Assembly: GCA_037447605.1 (NCBI GenBank)
Contig: CM074807.1
Span: 1,240,001-1,304,000 of the forward strand
From: Zygnema circumcarinatum SAG 698-1b
Lineage: Eukaryota; Plantae; Zygnematophyceae
Length of the DNA stretch: 64,000 nt
Reading direction: 5' to 3'
Shown here: piece after piece, positions 10,701 through 23,251 of the stretch
How the letters are laid out: every line of letters begins with the position of its first letter
How positions within the stretch are numbered: the first letter of the stretch is position 1
Program-made: the position numbers and the translations under genes
Notes under the pieces: model-generated
The model's database searches: none
The model's input: the letters and a program-made list of their open reading frames with translations, nothing else
What the model was told of the DNA's origin: nothing

Positions 10701-13700
10701 AGGTGACGCGCGCTTTTACCTCATGCTGCCTCCCTTTGTGCTCCTTCTATCAGACATGAATGCCGGGAAGTGCTCAGATATGTTTATGCTGAATGGGAAA
10801 GCATTTCTGTTCTGGTAAACCTGCTGGACTCTTTGAGGGTTTTAGGGTTTTCTCTTTGAGATTCTGCAGCTAGATGTTGCAATATTGTGTACAGTATCAT
10901 CTATCGTATCAGTATTCTTTGCTTCGGTCTAGAGGGCCCTGCATTACATCTGTTGTTGAAGGAAGACTCAACGTTTCCTTGAGATGAGTGATCAGAATCT
11001 GCATGGGTCAAGCAGCAGTCACATGTTGTTGTAATCGTAGCCCTTCACAGTTGAAGGGTAACCCGAGCTGGCCAACTTATCAGAGTTTGAGGTATCGTTG
11101 GCAGGACTCTGCAAAGCTCGAAGAACTGGAGAGAGGAATCGAAAAGGCGAGAGCAGCTTTGCCAAGTCTCGAGGAAGCGCAGAAAAAAAGTGCGCAAGTT
11201 CTTGTCAAGGAGGAAAGTCATTTGGAGAAAATACAGGAAGATGTGAAAGGTGAGCTTTACACTGTGACGATCAGTCCTCTGTCATTTTTTCATCCGAGAG
11301 TTGCAAGGCATAAAATTCCTTTATTTTGTGGCATACTCTCTTGCATTGGCTACTGAAACTCGCCATCGCAGCACAAGTGAACTATGAGCTAGAATGTAGG
11401 GTTGGGCTAACATGGTTAACCATCTAGTGATGTTGTAATGCTGTCTATGACTCCTCCTTGCAGCTGATGTGGAGGAGTATCACAAGCATTTGTCCAAGTA
11501 TCGGGTCGAGTTGGAGCCTTATGAAAAGGAACTCACTGATTGTCGAGCTCGCATTGACATCGCTTCAACGAAGAAGAATTTGCTGCTTGATAAGGTATCC
11601 GAACTAGAGGCCCTGCTAGCACATTTTGGCGATGGAGGTCTTGAATTCCCGGACTTCTATCTTGATAACAATGGCTTCTCTTTGGTGAATTCATCATCAA
11701 AGCGTCCTAGGTGGCATTCTTCTGAATGTCATGATTCAGATGCTGATCTTTAGGGTATTTTTTTTCTCACTTGTTCTTCTCAGTTTTCCTGGACTGAGAG
11801 ATTTCATGGATGTTTATGTGGCAGCATAAAGCAGCTGCTAGGCAGTACGAAGATGCCCAAGCGACTTTCGAGGAACAGAAAAAAGAAATGGAGCAGAAGG
11901 GCCAAGAATTAGTGAGGATTGAAAAGGAAGTCGAGAAGCATCGCCGTACAGCTGCAGAGTGCCGAGATGAAGAGCAGGTATTTTGAACCGTGCTCCCAAT
12001 CCACCACCATGCATGTCCAATTCTGTGACTAACCATTGACTTGCTCAGTTGGGCAGCACATCATAAGGCACATCAGATTGCATACTCTTGCAATTGTTTA
12101 AATTCCTTTTGTGGGTTTTCCTTCTTGGGTGGTCTGCAGGCCTGCCTTCTGCAGGAGACTGGTTTGGAAGCAAAGACGCAATCTGCCCGAGCCCTAATGG
12201 CCGAGATGGAGGAGGCTCTCTACTCGGAGAAAACTCAGAACTCAATGATGCAAGCCCTTCTTCAGGCCAAGCAGACCGGCCAAATTCCTGGCATATATGG
12301 TCGGTTGGGAGATTTGGGGGCTATTGATGGTAAGTACGTCGAAAGCTTCTGCATCGGACACAGGCTGAAATTTTGCATACAGCATTTTGTGGGCAGACGG
12401 ATTATGGCAGGCTCAGTTTTCTGCATTCAGCTTGAAACTATGCTTAGATTGAAGTGACGGTAGGTCTATGTGTGTCAGTGGCTGGTTCAGTCGATGGCTG
12501 TGCTTGTTTTGGACCAAGAACCCCATCCTGTTAAATCTCAAACTTCTCAGTATTTCTCTCTGATCTACTTTGAGACCTTTCTTGGTGGATGATCTTCTGC
12601 AGCAAAGTACGATGTGGCCATATCCACAGCTTGCGCTGCTCTCGACTATGTGGTGGTGGAGACAACAGCGGATGCCAAAGCTTGTGTAGAGATGTTGCGT
12701 GCGAACAGCCTAGGAGTGGCAACATTTCTCATCTTGGTAAAAACATAGTTTTTCGCCATAGGCAGGGAAGTTTTGGAAGTCATTTCAACAATCGTAGACA
12801 ATGTTCAACATGCATCTATGGAGGAAAATGTAGAGGAGTACAACAAGGGTGTCCATTCAGCCGCTCTCTTGGTCTCATCAAATCTGCATCCAACTCCTTA
12901 CAACAGCTTCAGCATTTGCTGTATTTCAGGAAAAGCAGCAGGGTCTGCTGTCAGCCATGAGAGAGAAGTTGCAGGCCCCTGAAGGGGTCCCCCGCCTCTT
13001 TGACCTCATCAGAACAGAGAATGAAAAACTTCTGCCCGCTTTCTACTTCGCATTGCGGAACACCATAGTGGCGAAGGACCTCGATCAGGTAAAGAACAGG
13101 GCTCGGGCTCGGACCATACAGTACCATGTAGTGTTCATGCTTAGAAATGGTCCCTTGCCATACTGATTTGAGCTTTTCTGATAACATAAAGCTTGAGAAA
13201 GCCGAGAAGCAACCCGCAAGAAAAGCAGGATTCAGAAACCGATTTGTCACAGAAGGCTTTGTGTGTGCTGGTCTGCGATTCACAGCTGCATTTTCTTGTT
13301 TTAACTTCCTTTACGAATTGCATGGCAGGCAACAAGAATCGCATTTGGCACAGACCGCAGATTCCGTAGGGCGGTCACTCTCATAGGCGAAGTGATTGAG
13401 CCTTCCGGAACAATGTCTGGAGGAGGAGGCAGAGGGAAAGGAGGGAAAATGGGAACAGCTGTTGTTAAAGCGGTTGGGGCATCGAAAGAGTCTCTTCTTC
13501 AGGCCGAGGAGAGATGGACGAGCCTTTCTGAAGAGCTGAGGCAGCTGAGAGAAAAGAAAGCACAAGCAGCTGAAGGGGCCAAAAGAGCAAACGAATCACT
13601 GAGAGCCTTGGAAATGCGCATCGAGAAGATCAAGATAGAGGTCAGTTCGGATCTCCTCCTCTTGGCGCTGCCTCTCTGCTTTTCTGATTTCTTCTCTTCT

Positions 13701-16700
13701 TCTCTCCGTACTTCAAATCCTCTCCTCCCTCCTCTACCTCCTCTTCCCTCTTGATTAACTCCTTTCACGAAGGCAGACATTGCCCTGAAGAATGGTCACA
13801 TGCTTTCTGGTCTGTAGATAGCTTTAAGTTAGCAAATGTTTTCAGACTTGCAATTCAGTTTGGCAGACTTCTCTTGCTGCTCTAGAAAAAAACGAAGCAT
13901 GATTCGAGGTGTTGGTTGCTCGCTCAAGTATTGCTCGCTCGCAGAAAGACCCCTCGTTTTATTCAGACTGTTCAACCCAGCTTCTCTCACCATAAGCTCG
14001 TTTAAAACCTGCTCTCCTAACTAAATTTGAAGAGCATTTTGCTTCTGCGGTGCTGCATTCTACAGACAGTTTTTTTGATCCATCTTCCATTTGGCTTCTC
14101 TTGTTTTCGGGCAGGTGGAAGCCCTCCATATACAGCATGCCGAGCTTTCAAACCGTTTGCCTGATCTGAAAAATTCGGCGAATTCGAACAGGGAAGAGCT
14201 TGCCCACATCGACGGTCTGCAGGCAGCCATCGCTGCGGAGGAACAAAAAAAGCTAAAGATCGAAAATGACTCGAGTCCGCTTCGTGCCAAGGTGAGGCAA
14301 AAAACTGAAGTTTGCATCTGCCCACGTTTGGAGATTGCCTCAGCAGATAGGCTCCTTCCTGTTAACGGTGGAAATTCAGATTTGGGTGCTCGTCGAGCAC
14401 CGACAGTGAGCTCTTTCAATCTGTGAGCAGCACTCATTTTTAGGCAAAGGGTGGTGGGGGTTGGTTTCCTGTGCAGGTTGCGGAATTCCAAACGAAGATT
14501 GAGGGAGCGGGTTCGAAAGTGAAGGAGAAAAAAGCTCGAGTAGCTGCATTGCAGCAGGTAGTCTCTCCCTGGTCTCTACTTCTATCTGCACAGCAATGGC
14601 AAGCTAAGTCTGAATTCATGATAGGACCATCTTTGAAAATGCGTACGTCCTTATAATCTGGAAAAGGCGGTCTTTTCCTTTTGGTGTTCGTCCACGTTCA
14701 AGGACTTTCAAAAAGCAATGAATAAGTCTTTTTGTTTGCTAGACTTCACAAGAAGACTGGAAGGTCTAAAGCCTCCATTACCACTGTACTGTGCAGGAGA
14801 TTGATGCTGCAGGGAGTGAGAGCAACAGGATGAAAGTTTTGATTTCGGCGAATGCGAAGGCAATGGAGAAGGTGCAGAAGGCCATTGAAGATGCGAAACT
14901 TGAGAAGGAAACTCAAACGCAGCTGCTTGAAGCTAAGAAGGAAGAGCTGAAGGGTCTGGAGAAGGGGGCGTTTGCAGTGCATGACAACTACAAACGCGTG
15001 AAAGAGGTCAGTGTTTCCCATGATATGACATGTGCTCGATTACATGCTCGACCGAATATGGGAACAAATTGCAGTGTTTCAGGATCTCCCAAACATGCCA
15101 TGCTGCTCACAAGAGTAGAAACATTTGCATTTGCATTTGCATTTGCATTTGCATTTGTATTTGCTTTTGCATCTACCTTTGCATCATCCTCAACAGATTA
15201 CAGCGAATCTGCAAGCTCGCTCATATATAGCAAAGGAAAATTTTGGTGTACGAGTTGCGAAACAGATATGGCAGACCTGTGTGAACCCAGATTAAGTGTC
15301 GAAACGTATGCATCCATGAACTTGCTCTTGATCAGCCTTTTTTGTGGCCCCATGTGGCCTATTCATTGGCACTAGTATCTCCTGCTAACGTTGCAAAACT
15401 TCACTTTTCTTGTGGGATTTCAGTTGCTGGAGGCGAAAAGAGAGGAGCTGGAGGGCATTCAGAACCAGTACAACAAGCTGAAGGCGACGGCTGATGAACT
15501 TCGTACTATAGAGGTCAGTCCTATGGCTTCTGCATATGCACGGTTTGTTGTACGAAAATCTGATGTTGAGATTGCTGCTCTGTCAAGTACAACAGAAAAT
15601 GTCTCAGCTCCTTTCTCTTTTCAGAGAAGGATATTAGAGATGCTCCCGATGTTCTAGTCACTCACCTCACTATTGCAATGATAGGTTTGATTCAAGAACT
15701 GGCTTTTTTTGTCTTGTTTCTGCCTGCCTTGATTGCCGCATGCACCATCTTGGTGTCGAGAAGCAGAGTCTTAGGAGCTGCTTTGTTGAGCTGTGATATC
15801 CCCTTTTGTACTGAGAAGCAGTGGGATAAGCTTCTGACAGGTAGACACACAGTGCAAGCTGGACGACGTGGTTCGGCACACCAAGACATGTCAGGAGAAG
15901 AAGAGGATGTTGGTGGGTAAGCTGCAAGATGTGCGGAAGGAGCAACAGCAACAATTGGCACAGTAAGAGCAGTCACCTTCTACTCGTTTCATTTTTTCAC
16001 CTTCCTGTATTATGAATTCGACTGCAAATTGCTTTGCATAGATTGAAAGAACCCATGCCAGTGGCATATCGGGATCGCGCAGAGGAAAAAAGAAACTACT
16101 CATTTTCAACCCAAGACCTTGCCGAGTGAGCATTGGACTACTATGTGTGAGTGAAATGCCTGCGTTAAAGTTTTGTATGGATGCACCAACAACCATGATG
16201 TGTTTGCTGTTGTTTGACCAAAGTGATGTTGCTCTTGTGAGTTCGCAGACTGACGAGCGATGGCATGGACCCCGCCCGAGTGGAGGCCGCCATGGCCGCC
16301 GCCGCCATGGAGGACATCTCCTGCGAGGAGGCGCAGCAGCAGGTGGCGCTGCTGGAAAAGGAGCTTAAGGAAATGAAGCCGAATATGGCTGCTATTGCAG
16401 AGTATGCTTTCCGAACCCTCACTTTGTATCGTTCTTTCCTCATCAGTGATTCGTACCAGCTAATGGATTGCTTGCATTTGATGCGAGTGAAAGACAGGAG
16501 TCTGTATATTAGACCATGCAGCCAATATGTAGCCAAAGTCTACCATGGTTGTTGCTTCTCAATAATGAGAGCTGCATCACTTAGGAATCTCCTTTGGATT
16601 TGCTGTCATTCCACTTTAAGATGCAGTGGCACATTGGTGCCATTTAGCTGAAGTTCAAACCATTTGCTGAGTCGTTTGATGAGAAGCTCGAGGCAAGGGA

Positions 16701-18855
16701 GAGATGGATCTAATTCTTTGCTAGGCATTAACAGAGACTCGGAACAACAAGCTTTGCAGTACCTTATCTTCGTTGATAGCCAGCGAAGATAAGGGCTATC
16801 AACGACGATAAGGTTCTTCTAATTCGATGGACGAATCTGCTCGTCAAACGTTAACGTGAATGATTTCTTGATAAGCCGAATTTTACCCAACTGTACAATA
16901 GGGAGAGTTCGGAGAAGATACATACCAGCAGATGACGTTATCCCTTTTCCAAATAAACAGTTTCAATTCAAAAAGCAACCGCACTCTACGGACTCCACAG
17001 TTGTTTACAGCAATTTCGGGATTTCGTGCATTCAGACCATTCCATGGTCACATAAGGTGCATCTCTGACCATGCAGCACAGCTCTGCAGGTATCGGAGAA
17101 AGGAAGCCGAGTATGGAGAGCGAGTGAAGGACCTTGACAGTCTCACAAAGCAAAGGGATCAAATGAGAAGGGGATGGGAGGACCTGCGGAAGAGGAGGTC
17201 GGTAGACTTTCATCCTCCGCAAGCAAGTCGCCTCCTTTGGCTTTGTTAGTTTAATAGCCTACTCCATGTTTAGGTGTCTACGTTGGAACCTTCTTGTTCA
17301 TAGGGTTGGTCTCGTCTCTCGCTTATGGGTATCCTGAGGAGGTGCAATGTGGATGCAGGTTGGAAGAATTCATGGCAGGGTTCAACATCATCACAATGAA
17401 GCTGAAGGAGATGTACCAGGTATGGTGTTTGCAGCCCACATCAGCGATAATGAGAATACCCATCAACTGCTCAGGATGATTACTCTGTCATTATGGCTTT
17501 TTATTAGCAAGCCATTAAGCATTGTTGCTGTTTCTTTCCTGGAGTTGAAGAAACCAGTTCACAACGAACTTAGCCAGATGAAGTTGCAATATGTGTCTCT
17601 TTGACAATACGCTGCCTTGTGTCTCCCATGTCGTCCCCCTCCGGTGATTTATCTCATTCTCTAACACCCTTTCCATGTCTCCCCTTGCTCAGATGATCAC
17701 CCTTGGTGGTGATGCGGAGTTGGAGCTGGTGGACTCGTTGGACCCATTCTCAGAGGGCATCGTCTTTAGCGTACGACCTCCAAAGAAGAGCTGGAAAAAC
17801 ATCTCCAATTTGTCGGGAGGGGAAAAGGTACGTCTGCTTCTTCACGAAGAACTTCTCTGATTCAAATGAGCCGATTTGTCCGGCGAGGAGTTATTTCTTG
17901 ATTTGACTCTCTGCCTTAAACATTACCTCGTTCGTGGGCACTGTCTTTTTATAATGAGGAATGCGTCCTTTCCTAGGCTGTTGCGAAGGAAATGATTTCA
18001 CCTAATCTTATTCCACTATATAATCGGGCTTAAATGAAACAACATAGAATTGGCAGCGTAGTTTAAAGCTGCAGACGTCAAGTATTCCATCTGACGAGCT
18101 TGGAAAATACTTGGTGCTGAGTTTATGCCTTTCTGCTTCACTTCTATGTGTGCAGACACTGAGCTCGCTGGCCCTCGTCTTTGCTCTTCATCACTACAAG
18201 CCCACCCCTCTCTATGTCATGGATGAAATCGATGCAGCACTTGGTAAGGGATGAGATGAGATGAGATGAGTGCAGAACTGCGATTTGAAGAACCTATGCT
18301 CTGCAATGTTCTGTCATAGCGAGCCGTTTGAGAGGGAGAGCCTGATGGCAGAGCTAATAGTGGCCATTTCTGCAACTTTCCATTCCCCTGTTTTTGCGTA
18401 ACAGGCTCCCAGTGACTCTGTTTTTTTGCAGACTTCAAGAATGTCTCCATTGTGGCGCACTACATCAAGGACCGCACCAAGAACGCCCAATTCATCATCA
18501 TCAGGTGGGCGGGCATGCCTGCCTCTTGCAGCCGCATTCCTCCATGCTCGACTTTTTTAAATTGCATTGTCGCTTTCCTCGAGGCACTCTGAGCCTGCAG
18601 TCATTTGCACACACCCACTTTGAGAGTGAAAAAGCGAAGAGGGGCTTTATTTCCGACATTTCGTGTGATCTTCTTGCCTGCCGTTTCATTCGATGTCCTC
18701 ACTTTGAGTTTTTGCTTTTTGCCCTCGTTTGCAGCCTGCGGAATAACATGTTCGAACTAGCTGACCGCCTAGTGGGGATATACAAAACCGACAACTGCAC
18801 CAAGAGCATCACCATCAACCCTAACAGCTTTGCTGTGGCCTCTTCCGCCTCGTGA
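7735..18855 (+). CDS. SMC4: Structural maintenance of chromosomes protein 4 (condensin subunit)
   Basis: 28 exons traced, all GT-AG: 7735-7980, 8142-8231, 8338-8439, 8701-8877, 9141-9271, 9556-9634, 9802-9959, 10217-10292, 10574-10702, 11105-11249, 11464-11594, 11825-11977, 12155-12329, 12603-12736, 12930-13088, 13329-13640, 14115-14291, 14477-14557, 14797-15006, 15424-15513, 15841-15962, 16249-16401, 17090-17197, 17359-17420, 17693-17827, 18156-18243, 18432-18504, 18735-18855. Motifs: ENFKSYAG, Walker A GPNGSGKSN, hinge IPGIYGRLGDLGAID and GTMSGGG, signature LSGGEK, Walker B YVMDEIDAAL, SLRNNMFELADRLVGIYKT. Confidence 0.98.
15122..15172. repeat. (CATTTG)n hexamer microsatellite in an SMC4 intron
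   Basis: catttg repeated about 8 times, degenerating at the 3' end. Confidence 0.9.
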
Positions 18856-19492
18856 ACCCCCTCCTTCCCTTCCAACCCTCCAGGCATCTCCTGCTCTTGA
18901 CTCCCCAGATTCCACCAATGGGGCCCGCCCAGACCTCGCCTTCATCAGCACCGTCCGATAAAAAGTCTTTTGCAGACTCTGCAATAGCTGTAGCTGTTGT
19001 AAATAAATAATGCTTCCTACAGCAACCCCAGACGTCCCTCCTTGAAGGGAGGAGCTCAGGCTTCAGAAGATTAGGGGAGTGCTGGAAGTGGAGTTGCATA
19101 CTTTTTTGTATGTTGATGACAGGGCTTGCAATCATTCTTTATTCGACCCTTCTCTTACCTCAACGGGCGGCGCATACATCATTAACATAAGCACTAACAT
19201 TAGCTGTTATGTAACCGGCCACTCCCTCCTGTGAACTGTTAAAGAGTTCACTGGCATGAAAGTCCCCTCAGACCGGCTTGGGAGGAAGAACAAATTCAAC
19301 AAAACAAAACGAAACTATAAACACAGAAAATTCCTAGAATGAAAACGAACACAGGACGTGCCTCGGTAATCTCTACCCCTTAGCATGTCACTCAGAGCCC
19401 TGGCCCTAAAATCTCTACAAACCTAAAAATAATTACACTGATCCGCACCTTAAGTAGCAGACCACAAGCGAGAGCAGGCTGCTGCGCATTCG

Positions 19493-21349
19493 TCAGTCAA
19501 TGAGATCGAAAGACTCCAGCACGCGATGCAGAGGGTCCGCCAGCGAGGCGGGGGCTGGCGAGTCTCTGCTGTCAGCGAAGGCAATATTGAGTATGTAAAG
19601 CTTCTTGGAGGCGATGGTGACAGCCGTCAGGGTCCGTTTGGCTCCCCTTGTGCTGTCCAGAAAGTACTCCATTACGTAAAGTGGCACTCCACCTCGAGCT
19701 TCTCTCGAGGAGGCATTAAGAAGAGTGGCTTCGCGAGTGCTTTCCTGTGCACAATGTAGAAGCAGTGTTCAGAAAGACAAGCTTTTCACAGGACAAGACA
19801 GGGAGCTTGTGACTGGAAGCACAAAACTGCTGCTTACAGGCATCTGATTGATTGAAGAGGCGCTATGAAGTGGCCCATACCTTCTTCCTCTCTGCAGCAA
19901 TCAGTTTGTTTGCGACGTCCTCAAGAGAGCCAAACTCCCGTAGAGACGGAATCCGCACTTTATTGACCACCACTCCTATAGTGCTGCTTTTCTTCTCCGG
20001 GTCTTGAAACAGTAGAGTGGCCCCTGCCTTCTCCACCTGCACTCCCACGCAGCTTTAGATACGACATAAGGAATGGTTTGTGCTACATGATATTTCCAGG
20101 ATGCTCATGAAGAAGTTGCTCATACTTTGGAATTCCACTTGGGTACATGGAAGGAGCTTTAATGTGCCTCTGTAGAAAGGCTATTCACTTCACGGTAACA
20201 ATAGCTTCACAACTAACTGCACCCTGATGTACATAATTCTGCAAACATTGTATAGATCCTCAGAAAGGCGGCCCACGATGCACACAAAAATGAACTTGTA
20301 AAGTTTGCTCAGCTGAATACATTATTTTGGCCTAGCAATCTCCCACGAGTCTTTGAAGACTCTTGAATATGGACAAAAGTGCTGTCTACTAACAATTCTG
20401 TACATGTAAATTTCATTTATACCAAAATAGAGTAGTCCCTTGTCTCTCATGCCCTTCCAATCAAAGCACGTGAACGGAAAAAATCAACTAAAATCTGCTG
20501 CATGGCTTCGACATCAAGCAGTTCCTCATCCATACGACTTCTTCACATGCATCGCAACCGCCCCCTTGATACATATGCCAAGAATTGCTGGAAAACTCTC
20601 TACACGTCGCAGTATTATCTTGCTTGTATCCTGACCTTGTTCCAGCCGGCCGGGCGCAATAGTTTGAACCCTTCTTCAGCATCATCATAAGGCACCAGCG
20701 TCAACAGAGGGGGCTCTGCCAAACTGGTCTCTGCATAGCATACCATCCGCCGAGAATGCTTCCGTCTGAGCCATTGCTTTACTTTAAGCCCCTCTGGTCT
20801 CCACTTATTGCATTAAAGTGAACAATAATGGACAAGCCAAATACTTTTTTTGAAAAACAATATCACATGACAGGCAGCACTATTGCATTTTATTGAAGAA
20901 TTAAGTTAATGAACCGAGTTCCTTCTGAGAAGTTTGGCTGAATTACTCTTGTAACTTGAGAACTCTTGAATAAAACATTAGGGTGTAAGGAAAGCGCAAT
21001 GTGCTTGCGGAGTCAATGGAGGGCTCATGGCAATAATTAAGAAAGACGAGCAAAAAGAATTACCTGCTTTTGCATTCTCTCTATTGACCAATTGAGCCAC
21101 CGCAGCAGCAGCAAGCAGGAGAGCTGCAGAGCGCCTCGGAATGGGTGGAGCTGCCGACAGTCCTCCCTCTCGTAGCTGCTCTCCTCCCTCATGCGCATTC
21201 CCCTCCTCCCTTTGGGCTCTCACAAGGCATATAGCAGGCGGCCTTCTCCATCTATAGGCTGCGGCTGCAGCGGGCGGCCATGGGGAGGCACGATTTATAA
21301 ATGGAGTAGAAACTTTACAAGAGGCTGCTGCAGAAGAAAGCTGAGCCAT
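19493..21349 (-). CDS. PPD2: PsbP domain-containing protein 2 (thylakoid lumen)
   Basis: Exons 21349-21064, 20730-20636, 20036-19881, 19744-19493. Mature part: GFKLLRPAGWNKVEKAGATLLFQD...IGVVVNKVRIPSLREFGS..VA.KLI.AERKKEST...LDSTRG.KR....ASKKLYILN...LESFD, matching the recalled PPD2 pattern. Exon 1 is a bipartite presequence with RR, a hydrophobic core and A-K-A. Confidence 0.92.
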
Positions 21350-21830
21350 CCTCCTCTCGGTGCCTTCCTGCTACAGCCTGCCTCGTGCCTACGGTCGAGG
21401 TCAAGAGTGTGAGAGGGAGAGGCGTTCCGTACTCCTGCATTCATTCGCTTCAAGGCGGCAGCTGACGCAATCGTCTCATACAAAAGGCAGGTCAGGGGGA
21501 GCACGAGGGTGCTATCGTGTTGGCTATGGCCGCCTCCCTTTAGAGCAAAATCTTTCTCGGCTGAGTCCCATCGCAATTTTGGCAGCCATGGCTGTTGTCT
21601 CCATAGCTTCTCCATCATCAGCTCTGCTTTCATTTGGTCGTACACGTTCTTCTGTCTCTGTTCATTGCAAAGAAGGTCAGCCATGGCGGCGGTATAGTGG
21701 ACTCTCTTGCCATCTAGCTTTTAGACATTGTAGTAAACAAAAGGCAATAGGACATAGATTGTGGCGAAGGAGGTCTCCTTGTGTCAGAGCTGCAGTCCTC
21801 CCTGTGGATCCATGGTCTCCTGGAGGTCTG
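21050..21830. repeat. Copy 1 of a local segmental duplication (PPD2 exon 1 + shared promoter + DUF3593 5' end)
   Basis: Collinear similarity to 28240-28960. Examples: gcagcaagcagga..gcgcctcggaatgg vs gcagcaagcagaa..ccgcctcggaatgg; gccttcc..tgcctacggtcga vs gccttcc..tgcctgcggtcga; ccatggcggcggtatagtgg vs ccatgacggcggatgtagtg; tgtggatccatggtctcc vs tgtgaatccgtggtctct. Boundaries are approximate. Confidence 0.88.
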
Positions 21831-23251
21831 GACAGCCAGAGCATTGCGTCTTCTCTCTTTGCAGTGTCTCTTTTCCCTTATATTGGCTTTCTTTACCATC
21901 TTACTAAGTCAAAGACTGCGCCGAAATTGACACTCTTTGGCTTCTACTTCCTCCTTGCCTTCGTCGGAGCTACAAGTAAGCCTGGTGACAACCAGCCCTT
22001 GTGACAAAAGATCCACATAAGTGGATGGGTTGAACAGAACTTGCATTAGGTTAAAGAAGCCATCCGAATTTGCATATGGACTGGGTTGATCAAAGCAGAG
22101 TATATACTAGCTTATTAGAGACAACAAGTGAAACATGTCACCTTGAATGTCCTTCAAACATTTCTTTCACTTGAGAGCCAGGACTGTGCTTTCTACCTAA
22201 GAACTGATTGGGTCTTGCCAGCCTTCTCAGACCCTAATGGAAGGCAGTGGGTTTTATAGCATACATGAAGCCCTTTAGTCATGAAAATTGCATGGTTCGT
22301 TCCTCTCTGCATACTTTGTTCAATATTTTCCCTCTCGTCTTTTCCTTAGTCGTTCTTCATGGCTACAGCGCCTCACGCAAATTTATCAAATGGTTTGAAA
22401 TCTATTTGAATTTAAGCACTTAAAAATAGTGGAGCCAAATATGACCTGTGAATAGATGGACTTTCTGAAGCTCCTCTTTTTGGGAGGCATGAAGTTGAAG
22501 ATTGTTAGGTTCTAATGTTGGATCACTGGGGGGTGTTATGGATTGCTATTTCAGTTCCCGCTGGAATTTATGGTAAGCTGACTTCCCTCAAAGTTGAGAA
22601 CATTTTCGTTTGCAAGTAGCGCAGAAGTGCTTCCTTGTATTTCTTGTATCCCTGCGCTGCTTTCGCAACTATACAGCTGTTCAGCAACTCATTGCCACGT
22701 AGTTATGGTGCACTTAATTTACGAATTATTCAAGTTTCTGGCAAAAAAAATGCTTTTTCTTTTGATTCAAGAGAAATGCCAAGGCAGACATATTGGGCGT
22801 TTGCTTTTTGAGCAGCTCCGTTAAATATGCACTCATGCAGTCTTACTTGAAAGAAGCTTGAGCTGTAAACATATACTGCCCAGATTGCGGAATCCAAGCA
22901 GTAGAGATAGGCGGTGTGAACTGTGAAGCTAGCTCATTCTGAAGGTTGTCCTATTTTTTTTCATCTTTATGTTTCCTAGTTGCCAAAACTGGTTCAGGTG
23001 AAAGTAGAGAATGGAATCGTTACTTTCCTAATCCTGGGTTGTGGGGAAGGGCGTTTACCACAGCCAAAATTCAATATGGGACATCTTTATCGAACGTTGA
23101 TTACCTTCATGGGAGTGCTGAGTCCCTCCTTACCATCACAAATCTGTTCATCGTGTTGGGACTGCGAAGGGCGCTAAAAGAGGAAGTGAACGCAGTGGCT
23201 GACGTCCCAAACACTGAAGCATCTAAAGCTGTGGAAAACACTGACACATAA
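21588..23251 (+). CDS. DUF3593-family chloroplast membrane protein
   Basis: Exons 21588-21975, 22555-22572 (18-nt microexon, IPAGIYA) and 23064-23251. An S/R-rich transit peptide is followed by SSLFAVSLFPYIGFLYHLTKSKTAPKLTLFGFYFLLAFVGATIPAGIYAKIQYGTSLSNVDYLHGSAESLLTITNLFIVLGLR, the recalled DUF3593 pattern. Head-to-head with PPD2, 239 bp between ATGs. Confidence 0.88.

Noticed and set aside
11595-11824. SMC4 intron starting GTATCC as a U12 intron
   Set aside because: The 5' site diverges after +6 (GTATCCGAA). The best branch-like match (TTCCTGGAC) is mismatched and about 31 nt from the AG. Much weaker than the FLY1 case.
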